A stretch of DNA of 64,000 nucleotides, taken from NCBI GenBank assembly GCA_002709045.1, contig PAPJ01000029.1, forward strand, positions 1,057 to 65,056. Reading direction: 5' to 3'. The position numbers and the translations under genes are program-made. Origin of the DNA: Planctomycetaceae bacterium. GTDB taxonomy: Bacteria; Planctomycetota; Planctomycetia; Pirellulales; Pirellulaceae. Position 1 is the first letter of the stretch. Each line of letters starts with the position of its first letter. A model generated the notes under the pieces. The model saw only the letters and a list, made by a program, of their open reading frames with translations, searched no databases and had not been told where the DNA came from. Shown here piece after piece: positions 39,570 to 48,519 of this stretch.

Positions 39570-41537
39570 TCATGAGCCAAGGAATCGGAGATCGCCTTTT
39601 CGGACGGTAAAACCGTTACGATCCAAATATTCGCACAACGGCACAGCGTATTTCCTGGTGGTGCCTAAGACATCACGTATTTCGGCCATTGTTTTACCAT
39701 TTCCGTCAGCCATCAATGAACTAATTTTTTTCTGCACATCGTCGACTGTTTGCATAGATAAATAGAGTTGGTCAGAGATTTTCCTGATCGTGCCGCCTGA
39801 CTCTGCAATCTTCAGCAATTGCACGACGGCATCGGCCTGTTTATCTGCTTGATGCTGAAGCTCTTTGACGAAGGGGACCTCTAGCCCGTTCTGCTTCAGT
39901 ATTCTCTGCAGTTGTTCGAGGAGTTTGGCTTCATTCTTGGTTAATTTAGGGCCTCGTTCTTTTAACCCTAGACGTCCCATCGAGACCTGAATTATCCCCT
40001 CTTTTTGTAATAGAGAAAAGACTCTGTTTAGTATCGCGTCAACACCTAGAAACCGCAGGCGTTCGCGTACCGGAGCGATATCGAAATTGACATTTAACGG
40101 ATTTTCGTCATGCAGCCTGTTTAGAATTCGTGTGACATGCGTACCGGCGGCGGCTAGTGTCCGGGCATGGATCAATTGCGAAACGGAATTACTGAGTTCG
40201 ACCTCTAGTATATTCTCTTGCTTGATGAGCTCTTGAATGTAGCTGTCAGGATCGTCAATACCTGTCATGCGTGTCAAATCTGTATGAGAAGGATTTTTAA
40301 AACCACGTACTCCGATGGCCGATTGGATTCTTGTCCGATCGTCATTCCCATTGATTAGTCCCCGTACAAATTCCAGTTGCAGGCTATCCTGAAAACCGAT
40401 TTTATGAGCACAAGGATCCAGAATTCTTCCGCCCGCAATTGTGATAGCCGGAGATTCCATGCGAAGTACAAACGGTTGATTCCAGCAACAGACGACGGGG
40501 GAATCGGTGCTAAGTTGGGCAATCCCCTGCTCACCCGGAAAAAGTTCATCCTGTTCAAGTAGCTTGAGTGATGCAACGTGGTTAGCTGTGCCAAGATGCA
40601 ATCTGACAGACATATGGTTTGTTAGTGGAAAACGTGAGTTGGGAGCTACGGTAATGTTGACCGTCAGCATTTTGCTGGGCACCAGAAATCCGGCAGTTGC
40701 CAGTTCCATCCCTTTTCGGGTTTGATCGGGATGAATGCCAGCCAGATTAATTGCAGCCCGCTCACCTCGCATCACTGTATTCACTGACCGATCGTGATTT
40801 TGCAGGCTTCTGACGCGTACCTCGTGTTTGCCTGGCTCAAGCATAACGTGTTGATCAATACTTAGCTGGCCACTTGTCACACTGCCCGTGATAACAGTTC
40901 CGTGGCCATCTACCGAAAAACAACGATCGATGGCCAGTCTGAACGGGGCATCCTGGAGGTCAGGCAATACATGACGAATCGACTCACCCTGTCGGCAAAT
41001 AGCCTCTTTCAGCTCTTCAATCCCCTGCCCGGTTTCAGAACTGGTATGGATGCATGGAGCATTTTCAAAGAATGTACCGACACAGACTTCTCGGATCTCT
41101 GCTTCCACGAGTTCGGTGAGTTCCGAATCGACTAAATCACATTTAGTGATCGCAATAATACCTGCCTGAACATCCAGATATCTCAGGATATCCAGGTGTT
41201 CTCGGGTTTGAGGCTTTACCGAGTCATCAGCAGCAACGACTAGCATGACAAGATCCATGCCGGTTGCACCTGAGAGCATGTTACGTACAAATCGTTCATG
41301 ACCTGGAACGTCGACAATCCCCAGTTTAAAGGGAGGGAGAATGAGCTGGGCGAAACCGGGCTCAATGGTAATACCTCGTTTCTTTTCCTCCGGAAGTCGA
41401 TCGGTATTAATTCCTGTCAGTCTTCGTATCAGGGCAGTTTTCCCATGGTCGATATGACCGGCTGTACCAAGGATGAGAGGGGTTAGCTGAGATGTGTTGC
41501 TACCGGTGGAATCGTTGTCATTGGAGCCGCTGTTCAT
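39570..41537 (-). CDS. selB: selenocysteine-specific translation elongation factor
   Basis: 655 aa. The GTPase has G1 (GTAGHIDHGKTAL), G3 (DVPGHERF) and G4 (TKCD). Beta-barrel domains follow, then a long C-terminal winged-helix region typical of SelB. It sits 6 nt upstream of selA. Confidence 0.92.
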   Translation of the reverse strand: MNSGSNDNDSTGSNTSQLTPLILGTAGHIDHGKTALIRRLTGINTDRLPEEKKRGITIEPGFAQLILPPFKLGIVDVPGHERFVRNMLSGATGMDLVMLVVAADDSVKPQTREHLDILRYLDVQAGIIAITKCDLVDSELTELVEAEIREVCVGTFFENAPCIHTSSETGQGIEELKEAICRQGESIRHVLPDLQDAPFRLAIDRCFSVDGHGTVITGSVTSGQLSIDQHVMLEPGKHEVRVRSLQNHDRSVNTVMRGERAAINLAGIHPDQTRKGMELATAGFLVPSKMLTVNITVAPNSRFPLTNHMSVRLHLGTANHVASLKLLEQDELFPGEQGIAQLSTDSPVVCCWNQPFVLRMESPAITIAGGRILDPCAHKIGFQDSLQLEFVRGLINGNDDRTRIQSAIGVRGFKNPSHTDLTRMTGIDDPDSYIQELIKQENILEVELSNSVSQLIHARTLAAAGTHVTRILNRLHDENPLNVNFDIAPVRERLRFLGVDAILNRVFSLLQKEGIIQVSMGRLGLKERGPKLTKNEAKLLEQLQRILKQNGLEVPFVKELQHQADKQADAVVQLLKIAESGGTIRKISDQLYLSMQTVDDVQKKISSLMADGNGKTMAEIRDVLGTTRKYAVPLCEYLDRNGFTVRKGDLRFLGS

Positions 41538-41645
41538 AGTTTTATTTTAGCCGCTTTCGGTATAGACACAAATCATCGTTTTTGGGACAGTTTGAGCTTG
41601 ATTATCTGATGTCCCGATTAAGATTAGATTTTCCTTTATCGATAT

Positions 41646-42080
41646 ATGAAGAAATTCTCAAAATTCTCGTTTGCGGTTATTGCAGTGTTTGCTTTAGAGT
41701 TGGTTTATCCGCCTCTCACTGTAAGTGCTGCTGATGGCTGGACACGGTTGAATCCATTTAATGCACTGCCGGCCCCTAAATGGCCGGAATGGGCAAGCGT
41801 CAAAATGCCGGATGTTGGTGAGATTCCCAGTCAACTTGCTCGTATGCATCATCGTAATATGAATGCGTTGGGAAAGGCTGTTGATTACTTAAATCCATTT
41901 AAATCCAAAACAGCGGTTCAGCCACCGCCACCACCACCGACCGGCTCAAAAAAAACACGATCTATATCGAATTCGACGAATAGCCGTTTCTGGTTTCCGT
42001 CATTTATGAAAGAAGAGCGTAAGCCGATTGGACCGAGTCGATCGGTATCTGAGTTTCTTGATCGGCCGCGCATTCGGTAA
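41646..42080 (+). CDS. small secreted Pro-rich hypothetical protein
   Basis: 144 aa with a signal peptide (FAVIAVFALELVYPPLTVSAA) and a PPPPPP tract. Confidence 0.6.
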   Translation: MKKFSKFSFAVIAVFALELVYPPLTVSAADGWTRLNPFNALPAPKWPEWASVKMPDVGEIPSQLARMHHRNMNALGKAVDYLNPFKSKTAVQPPPPPPTGSKKTRSISNSTNSRFWFPSFMKEERKPIGPSRSVSEFLDRPRIR

Positions 42081-42174
42081 TAACCGCTTATTCCGATCAG
42101 ATTACTCCTTTCTTCTTGCTGCGTTTGCGTTTCCAAGCATTTATCAAATACCAATTTTGACTTAGCATGAACAT

Positions 42175-43035
42175 TTGGTGCATTTGCACGTTGTGAATAT
42201 TAAGTCGTTATTAGCGAAGAGACGAATCGTGTCAAAACGAATTGGATTTATCGGTGCCGGCCAAATGGCTTCCGCCTTAGCTTCGGGATTCGCTGCGGCC
42301 GACGAGTCGATTGCTCCCGAGGTGATTTCCTTTTTTGATCCTGCTGAGTCGTCCCGTCAGCGTTTTAGTAATCGCGTCGCGGGAGCACAGGCACTGGAGT
42401 CAGCGGAGAGTGTGATTGCAGAATCCGACATTATCTTCTTAGCTGTTAAACCTCAGATTATGCCAGTTGTTTTGCCTCCGATTGCCGAGGCCATTGACGA
42501 AAATGTGCTTGTCGTTTCGATTGCTGCCGGAGTTTCCCTGGCTACCATTTCTACGATGTTGGGCTCGACTCGAATTATCCGCGTGATGCCAAACACACCT
42601 TGCCTGGTGGGCACATCAGCCGCTGTTTACAGTCCGGCAGAAGGTGCCACGCAGAGCGATTGTGACGAGTTGGGACAGTTACTTAATAGTACGGGTATTG
42701 CTTATCAGCTTGCAGAGAGTTATTTGGATGCGGTTACCGGATTAAGCGGGTCAGGCCCAGCTTATGTATACAATATTATCGAGGCTCTGAGTGACGGTGG
42801 TGTTGCGATGGGGTTGCCACGGGATATCGCTACCCGCCTCGCTGCTCAGACTGTTAAAGGAGCGGCCGAGATGGTTCTTGAGACGGGGCTTCATCCGGGT
42901 ACATTGAAAGATCAGGTTACCAGTCCAGGTGGTACAACGATTGCCGGGTTACGTGCTATGCAAGACCGTGGTGTTTCAGGCGCTATGATGGCAGCTGTCG
43001 AAGCTGCCACAAAGCGGTCGCGTGAATTAGGCTAA
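42175..43035 (+). CDS. proC: pyrroline-5-carboxylate reductase
   Basis: Rossmann fold IGFIGAGQMASAL, plus VMPNTP and SPGGTT blocks. The ORF opens at TTG 42175. GTG 42232 (VSKRIGFIGAG) is the more likely start. Confidence 0.9.
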   Translation: MVHLHVVNIKSLLAKRRIVSKRIGFIGAGQMASALASGFAAADESIAPEVISFFDPAESSRQRFSNRVAGAQALESAESVIAESDIIFLAVKPQIMPVVLPPIAEAIDENVLVVSIAAGVSLATISTMLGSTRIIRVMPNTPCLVGTSAAVYSPAEGATQSDCDELGQLLNSTGIAYQLAESYLDAVTGLSGSGPAYVYNIIEALSDGGVAMGLPRDIATRLAAQTVKGAAEMVLETGLHPGTLKDQVTSPGGTTIAGLRAMQDRGVSGAMMAAVEAATKRSRELG

Positions 43036-43054
43036 TAACAAAAGGACGAACAGA

Positions 43055-43540
43055 ATGTCATTATTTGGAGATCCGCTGTTTCGCTGGCGCGAAACCTTCA
43101 TGGTTTTGTTTGTTGAAGCGAAGCGGCCCACGGTAGATGATGTGGAAAAAGCCCTCGCTCGAGTCGGTAAATTCGATTCAGAACAAGTTAATGAAATAGA
43201 AAACGGACTGATTGAATCATTGACTGTGACCAACCAGATCGATTGTATTGGTTTGGATATCGTTTACGTCGATGGTGAAGAAACGTTGGAGCAGCTTGAA
43301 GAACTTCAAGGACAAATTTCCCCGGAAGATTTATTGCCGGGGCAGGAAGAGCTTTTAGAAAAACTGCCGGCCTGTACAGCGCGGCTGGATATTCTTCACT
43401 TCGAACAACTGACCGCTTCCATGACCGAAGATGATGCCGAGGAATTTTTGGATCCGGGAGCATTGCTTGGAGTTGCAGAGGCGTTAGCTCAGCTGGTCGA
43501 TGGAGTTGCTGTTGATCCGGGGACAGGTACTTTTGTTTGA
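43055..43540 (+). CDS. acidic cytoplasmic hypothetical protein
   Basis: 161-aa ORF, strongly D/E-rich, with no signal peptide and no recognised motif. It lies between proC and efp on the same strand. Confidence 0.6.
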   Translation: MSLFGDPLFRWRETFMVLFVEAKRPTVDDVEKALARVGKFDSEQVNEIENGLIESLTVTNQIDCIGLDIVYVDGEETLEQLEELQGQISPEDLLPGQEELLEKLPACTARLDILHFEQLTASMTEDDAEEFLDPGALLGVAEALAQLVDGVAVDPGTGTFV

Positions 43541-43603
43541 TGTCGTTTCTTTTTTAGGTCCATTAGAAATATAAACGTGATTAACCGATAAGGAATCGAC
43601 TGC

Positions 43604-44170
43604 ATGCAAGCTAAAGAAATTAAGAACGGATCTGTGCTGAATTATGATGAGGCTCCCACCATCATTGAGAGTATCAGCGTTCAGAGTCCGTCAGCCAGGG
43701 GTGCCGCGACGCTTTATAAATTTCGTGGGCGCAATCTGATTACCCGACAAAAAGTCGATATCACGCTTAAAGGTGGCGAGTCATTAGATGAGGCGGATTT
43801 TGAACGCCGAGCCGTGACGTTAATGTATTCGGATGGTACAGACATCTATTTTCTGGATTCAGCGGACTATAATCAGTATTCAATTGCCGCAGAAGATGTT
43901 ACTCAGCAGATGCAGTATGTGACAGAAGGCCTGGAAGGTATTCTTGCGTTGATCTACAACGATCAGTGTATTGGTATTCAAATTCCACACACCGTCGAAA
44001 TGAAGATCACTCAGACTGATCCCGGCGCAAAAGGCAATTCAGCGACAGGTCGTACTAAACCGGCGATACTTGCATCGGGTGTGCAGATTCAAGTCCCTGA
44101 ATATCTGAAAGAAGGCGAAATTGTGAAAGTGGACACCCGTACGAATGAATTTCTGGGACGTGCTAACTAA
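43604..44170 (+). CDS. efp: elongation factor P, Arg-type loop
   Basis: 188 aa with a three-domain EF-P layout. The modified-loop region reads QSPSARGAATLYKF, compared with E. coli KPGKGQAFARVK. Arg occupies the position of Lys34. Confidence 0.85.
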   Translation: MQAKEIKNGSVLNYDEAPTIIESISVQSPSARGAATLYKFRGRNLITRQKVDITLKGGESLDEADFERRAVTLMYSDGTDIYFLDSADYNQYSIAAEDVTQQMQYVTEGLEGILALIYNDQCIGIQIPHTVEMKITQTDPGAKGNSATGRTKPAILASGVQIQVPEYLKEGEIVKVDTRTNEFLGRAN

Positions 44171-44270
44171 ACAATACTTCTTCACAGTATTTAATTAGCA
44201 GACCAGTAAAAAAGACTTGTCAAGCAAAGATGCTGTAAGCCTTTTTGAATGTGGTAGGGGGTATCGAGAT

Positions 44271-44294
44271 GGATAAAAAGCTGTATTTTTATCC
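44271..44294. terminator. AT-rich hairpin between convergent efp and SelW-like gene
   Basis: Arms ggataaaaa (44271-44279) and tttttatcc (44286-44294) form a 9-bp stem with a 6-nt loop. It overlaps the SelW-like terminal stop. The stem is weak (7 A-T pairs). Confidence 0.3.
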
Positions 44295-44528
44295 ATGAAT
44301 TCGTCGACCAACCTGACTGATCACATGATCTTCTTCGGGGAAAACGCCTGTTTCCAATTTGGAGTAAATCAACTCACCGCCTACGTTCAATTAGAAACAG
44401 TCTCCCGTGCTTGGCTTAAGTTCGAATCCACTAATTTGACGTTTGTACTGAACGAGCAATTTTGCTGCCAGATTGACAGCTTTTGGTTCGTAATTTCAGC
44501 TACTACAGTATCGCAAGTGTATTTTCAC
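44289..44528 (-). pseudogene. SelW-like (Rdx family) selenoprotein gene: UGA-Sec at codon 11, interrupted as sequenced by an in-frame TAA at codon 46
   Basis: Hand translation of the minus strand, from GTG 44528 with AGAGG 5 nt upstream. It reads VKIHLRYCSS-U(TGA 44498-44496)-NYEPKAVNLAAKLLVQYKRQISGFELKPSTGDCF-*(TAA 44393-44391)-LNVGGELIYSKLETGVFPEEDHVISQVGRRIHG-*(44291-44289). It has a CxxU redox motif and a C-terminal G-x-x-F-(E)-x-x-V-x-G-E-L-I-Y-S-K…G-x-F-P pattern. The ORF track shows only an antisense shadow ORF here. Confidence 0.7.
44464..44480 (-). promoter_or_regulatory. candidate bacterial SECIS hairpin downstream of the SelW-like UGA
   Basis: Minus-strand RNA GCUGUC-AAUCU-GGCAGC has a 6-bp stem (including one G-U pair) and a 5-nt loop. 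It begins 15 nt after the UGA. It was not folded computationally. Confidence 0.35.
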
Positions 44529-44551
44529 AATAACCTCTAGGGTTAAAAGAA

Positions 44552-44689
44552 TTAGGACTTCTTAGAAGTCTTCTTTTTGGAGGCTTTCTTTTTTGCACTT
44601 GCTTTGGAGGAACTCTTTTTTTTGCCGCCAAAAGCTTTATCGAAGTTTGATGCGTATCTAGGTGTCGAGCCAACTCGCAGAATTGTCAC
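44552..44689 (-). CDS. small lysine/serine-rich protein (45 aa), function unknown
   Basis: The only available start is GTG 44689, because an in-frame TAA lies 4 codons upstream; AAGGA/TAAGG lies upstream. It translates to (M)TILRVGSTPRYASNFDKAFGGKKKSSSKASAKKKASKKKTSKKS. It is below the ORF-track size cutoff. The plus-strand ORF 44577..44822 is its shadow. Confidence 0.4.
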   Translation of the reverse strand: MTILRVGSTPRYASNFDKAFGGKKKSSSKASAKKKASKKKTSKKS

Positions 44690-44818
44690 CGCCTTATTTC
44701 CTTATAATTTTAGTTCAATGTTTAACATATCTATAAATGAATATTGTATGAACAACCGCTGCCGTCAAGTCAGATGTCTGTCAGCTAGAGAGATTCCTTC
44801 GTTCTCACCGCCGCTTAT

Positions 44819-46489
44819 TTAGACTAATTTCTTGTATTTGAACCGGTGAGGCTCGTCCGGATTAATGCCCAGACGTTCGCGTCGCTGACGTTCATAGGTT
44901 TGGTAGTTCCCTTCACACCAGTGTATATAGCCGTTACCTTCGAAGGCTAAAATGTGAGTGGTAAGTCGATCCAGGAACCAGCGATCGTGGCTGGTGACAA
45001 CCACACAGCCGGCATAATTTTGTATTGCCTCTTCTAAGGCGCGTAGAGTATCCACATCAAGATCATTTGTTGGTTCGTCTAAAAGCAGGACATTAGATCC
45101 TTGCCGCAGTAGCTTAGCCAAATGGACGCGGTTTCGTTCACCACCGGATAGTGTTCCGACCTTCTTTTCCTGATCGGGACCTTTGAAATTAAACCGGGAT
45201 ACATAACCCCGCGAGTTAATCTGACGCCCGCCCATGTCGAGATGCTCGTAGCCGCCTGAGATTTCTTCATACACAGTTGCATCGGCATTGAGCTCATCAC
45301 GGTTCTGATCGACATAGCCCATTTCAACGGTTGGACCTACCCGTAATTCTCCCGAGTCGGGCCTATCTTGTCCGGTTAGCATCCGAAACAGCGTAGTCTT
45401 CCCTGCTCCGTTTGGACCAATGACTCCCACAATGCCCCCGGCAGGCAGTGAAAACGAAAGGTTGTCCATCAGGATGTTATCTCCAAATCCTTTAGAGAGA
45501 TTCTCGGCCTGAATAACTAAATCGCCGAGATGTGTTCCGGGAGGAATTTGAATTTCAAATTCGGTGATTTGATCTTCAAACTGTTGTGCCACCATGCGGT
45601 CATAGGCAGCCAGTCGTGCCTTGCTTTTACTTTGTCGTGCTTTGGGAGACGAACGAACCCATTCTAACTCACGGGCAATTGTTTTCTGTCTTGCCAGAGA
45701 TTGTTTTTCTTCTACTTTAAGGCGTGATTCTTTCTGTTCGAGCCAGGCCGTGTAGTTGCCTTCAAATGGATATCCTTTTCCCCGATCCAGTTCAAGGATC
45801 CATTGCGCGACGTTGTCCAGAAAATACCGGTCGTGAGTGACAGCGACGATTGTACCTGGGTATTCAGCCAGATGGCGTTCCAGCCAGGCTACTGAATCAG
45901 CATCAAGATGATTGGTTGGCTCGTCCAGTAGTAATAGATCGGGACGTTCCAGTAGTAATTTACAGAGAGCTACCCGGCGACGTTCACCACCTGAAAGCGT
46001 GGTCACATCAGCGTCACGAGGAGGAAGATTCATGACATCAAAAGCCACCTCGATTTCTCGATCAAGATTCCATGTGTTGGACGTTTCAATTTCGTCCTGA
46101 AGGCGGGCCATTTCGTCACAGAGCTTCATCATCTGATCATCTTCCATCGGCTCGGCTAATTCGACACTGATCTGATTGTAACGATCGAGCATGGCTCGTC
46201 GGGAGGTAACTGCTTCTTCCACATTTCCCCAGACATCTTTTTCCGGATTGAGTTGAGGTTCCTGAGGTAGGTATCCGCAGGTGAAACCATCCGTTAGCTG
46301 TGCCGCCCCGTCAAATTCATGGTCTTCTCCAGCCATAATTCTCAGGAGGGTACTTTTGCCTGTACCGTTACGCCCCAAAACACCGATTTTTGCGCCCGGA
46401 TAAAAGGAGAGATAGATTTCTTTGAGTACTTCACGGGGACCATGTTTTTTAGTGAGGTCGGTGATTGTATAGATGTATTGTTTGCTCAT
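44819..46489 (-). CDS. ettA: energy-dependent translational throttle protein EttA (ABC-F ATPase)
   Basis: 556 aa with two ABC cassettes. Walker A motifs are GRNGTGKST and GPNGAGKTT, and signature motifs are LSGGERRR and LSGGERNR. There is an inter-domain linker and no TM domain. Confidence 0.9.
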   Translation of the reverse strand: MSKQYIYTITDLTKKHGPREVLKEIYLSFYPGAKIGVLGRNGTGKSTLLRIMAGEDHEFDGAAQLTDGFTCGYLPQEPQLNPEKDVWGNVEEAVTSRRAMLDRYNQISVELAEPMEDDQMMKLCDEMARLQDEIETSNTWNLDREIEVAFDVMNLPPRDADVTTLSGGERRRVALCKLLLERPDLLLLDEPTNHLDADSVAWLERHLAEYPGTIVAVTHDRYFLDNVAQWILELDRGKGYPFEGNYTAWLEQKESRLKVEEKQSLARQKTIARELEWVRSSPKARQSKSKARLAAYDRMVAQQFEDQITEFEIQIPPGTHLGDLVIQAENLSKGFGDNILMDNLSFSLPAGGIVGVIGPNGAGKTTLFRMLTGQDRPDSGELRVGPTVEMGYVDQNRDELNADATVYEEISGGYEHLDMGGRQINSRGYVSRFNFKGPDQEKKVGTLSGGERNRVHLAKLLRQGSNVLLLDEPTNDLDVDTLRALEEAIQNYAGCVVVTSHDRWFLDRLTTHILAFEGNGYIHWCEGNYQTYERQRRERLGINPDEPHRFKYKKLV

Positions 46490-46789
46490 ATCAGTGATTA
46501 CTGGTTAACTTAGTGACCGGTTGCACGGTCGGTGACAATTGTTCGGGTTATATTACTTCGGCGTGTTTATTGGATTGTCAGAGTTCCTGAAAGGATTGAA
46601 AGCGAAAATTAGCAGAAACGATGTATACACGAACGTAGCATCGGCATTGTACGGTTCGATACTTATTAATACCTGTCGCTTCTGAGACTGACCAAACACG
46701 AGTTCCCCTCCCCTCTCGAATGTTGGTCGGTACTTACTCAGGAGCCCATTACAATGGGCCTGGCCACCATGCAGTGGTCAGGCCTGTTC

Positions 46790-48340
46790 TTATTCCCATT
46801 CGATAGTTGCCGGTGGCTTACTGCTGATATCATAGCAGACCCGATTAACCCCTTTGACTTCGTTGATCACGCGAGTCGAAATTGTGGCTAACAGTTCATA
46901 GGGAAGCCGTGACCAGTCTGCTGTCATAAAGTCGTCTGTGTTGACACAGCGAATAGCCACGGCATCTTCGTACGTGCGGGCGTCGCCCATGACGCCGACA
47001 CTCTGAACAGGTAATAACACGGCAAAGGCCTGAGAAGTCTCACGGTACAATCCGGCATTTTGGATTTCTTCAATTGCAATGGCATCCGCTTCGCGGAGAA
47101 TATCAAGTCGCTCCTTCGTGATTTCTCCTAAACAACGGACAGCCAGTCCGGGACCCGGGAACGGATGCCGCCAGACCAGTTGTTCCGGCAGCCCAAGCTC
47201 AATACCAAGTTTGCGGACTTCGTCTTTAAATAAATCCCGTAAAGGTTCAATCAGCTCAAAACCAAGTTCCTCGGGGAGACCACCGACGTTGTGATGGAGT
47301 TTGATAGTGGCCGCCGGACCGTCAGTTGCAGCACCACTTTCAATTACATCCGGGTAGAGTGTTCCCTGAGCCAGAAAGTGAGCATCCTCAATGCTGTTGG
47401 CTTCTTGCTTGAAACACTCGATAAATTCATAACCGATACGCTTGCGTTTTTCTTGAGGCTCGGAGATTCCCGCCAGTTGATTTAGAAACCGTTGTTCACC
47501 CTGGACAACGCGTAGGTCAGTTTTGAAGTGATCGGTAAATGCTTCGATGACTGTGGTTTGTTCGTTCTTGCGTAACAGTCCGTTGTCGACAAGAATGCAG
47601 GCCAACTGATTGCCGATGGCTTTGTATAGCAGGGCGGCTACGACCGAACTGTCGACTCCACCGGATAAGCCACAGATGACGCGTTTGCTCCCGACCTGTT
47701 CCCGAATTCTGGCGATAGTTTCATCAGCAAAGTCACCTAGCTTCCAGGTTCCTGTCAGGCCGCAAATATTGAGGAGGAAGTTTTTTAGTAATCGCCCGCC
47801 TTCGGGTGAATGCGTTACTTCCGGGTGAAACTGGATTCCATAGACCGGTAGTGTATTGTGTTTGACGGCAGCAAATGGGCATGTGTCAGTGCTTGCCAGT
47901 GCAGTGAAATCATCAGAGATATTTGAAACCTGATCGCCGTGGCTCATCCAGACCTGCTGTTCAGCCGAAGTGTTTTCAAAGAGGCTACTGCCAGTATCGA
48001 CCGTTAACATCGCCCGGCCGTATTCACGTGTTGAAGTACTTTGAACTTGTCCGCCGAAGGCCTCAGTTGTTAGCTGCATCCCATAGCAGATTCCCAGGAC
48101 CGGCAAGCCTATTTTGAAAATTTCCGGATCACATCGAGGAGCATCGTCTTCATAGACACTGGACGGACTGCCGGAAAGGATGAGGCCCTGTGGATTGTGT
48201 TCTTTGATTCGTTCGACAGAGATGTCATGTCTTACGATTTCACAGTAAACATTTTGTTCGCGGACTCTGCGTGCGATCAACTGGGCATACTGAGAGCCGA
48301 AGTCCAGAACGAGAACGCGTTCCCTTGAAATGCTGGTCAT
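46790..48340 (-). CDS. guaA: GMP synthase (glutamine-hydrolysing)
   Basis: 516 aa. It has a GATase domain (ICYGMQL, HPE), the PP-loop LSGGVDSSV, and the conserved C-terminus …KPPATIEWE. Confidence 0.95.
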   Translation of the reverse strand: MTSISRERVLVLDFGSQYAQLIARRVREQNVYCEIVRHDISVERIKEHNPQGLILSGSPSSVYEDDAPRCDPEIFKIGLPVLGICYGMQLTTEAFGGQVQSTSTREYGRAMLTVDTGSSLFENTSAEQQVWMSHGDQVSNISDDFTALASTDTCPFAAVKHNTLPVYGIQFHPEVTHSPEGGRLLKNFLLNICGLTGTWKLGDFADETIARIREQVGSKRVICGLSGGVDSSVVAALLYKAIGNQLACILVDNGLLRKNEQTTVIEAFTDHFKTDLRVVQGEQRFLNQLAGISEPQEKRKRIGYEFIECFKQEANSIEDAHFLAQGTLYPDVIESGAATDGPAATIKLHHNVGGLPEELGFELIEPLRDLFKDEVRKLGIELGLPEQLVWRHPFPGPGLAVRCLGEITKERLDILREADAIAIEEIQNAGLYRETSQAFAVLLPVQSVGVMGDARTYEDAVAIRCVNTDDFMTADWSRLPYELLATISTRVINEVKGVNRVCYDISSKPPATIEWE

Positions 48341-48519
48341 AACCGTACGGTCTTCCTTGTGTGCGGATTAAACTCAAAATTCGATTATATGACCTTTGGG
48401 GAAAAATCAACAGTCAGAGGGAGATTGGTTTTTAGCCCGGTTGTCAGTTTTTCCCCCAATGGAGTTTAATAGGACTGACGGAAGTTTACTCATTAAGGTA
48501 AATGAGGACTAATTAAAAC

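Noticed and set aside
44420-44429. GTTCGAATCC T-loop-like string suggesting a tRNA
   Set aside because: The flanking bases (TTAAG / CCACT) cannot form a T stem, and no acceptor or anticodon arms are present. The string lies inside the SelW-like coding region on the opposite strand.
44295-44822. Plus-strand ORFs 44295..44540 (81 aa) and 44577..44822 (81 aa) from the ORF track
   Set aside because: Both lack an RBS and have odd composition. They lie exactly antisense to better-supported minus-strand genes: the SelW-like gene read through TGA, and the 45-aa Lys-rich ORF. They are treated as shadow ORFs.
46745-46789. Tandem hairpins just after the guaA stop (GCCCATT-AC-AATGGGC and CCTGGCCAC-N6-GTGGTCAGG)
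   Set aside because: They are plausibly the guaA terminator, but no U-tract follows on the minus strand, and the first hairpin has a sterically impossible 2-nt loop. It is not called as a feature.
48398-48456. Inverted repeat GGGGAAAAA … TTTTTCCCC in the guaA/surE divergent spacer
   Set aside because: It has only 9 bp with a 41-nt unstructured loop and no extension of pairing. This is more likely chance A/T-run complementarity in a promoter region than a riboswitch or operator.
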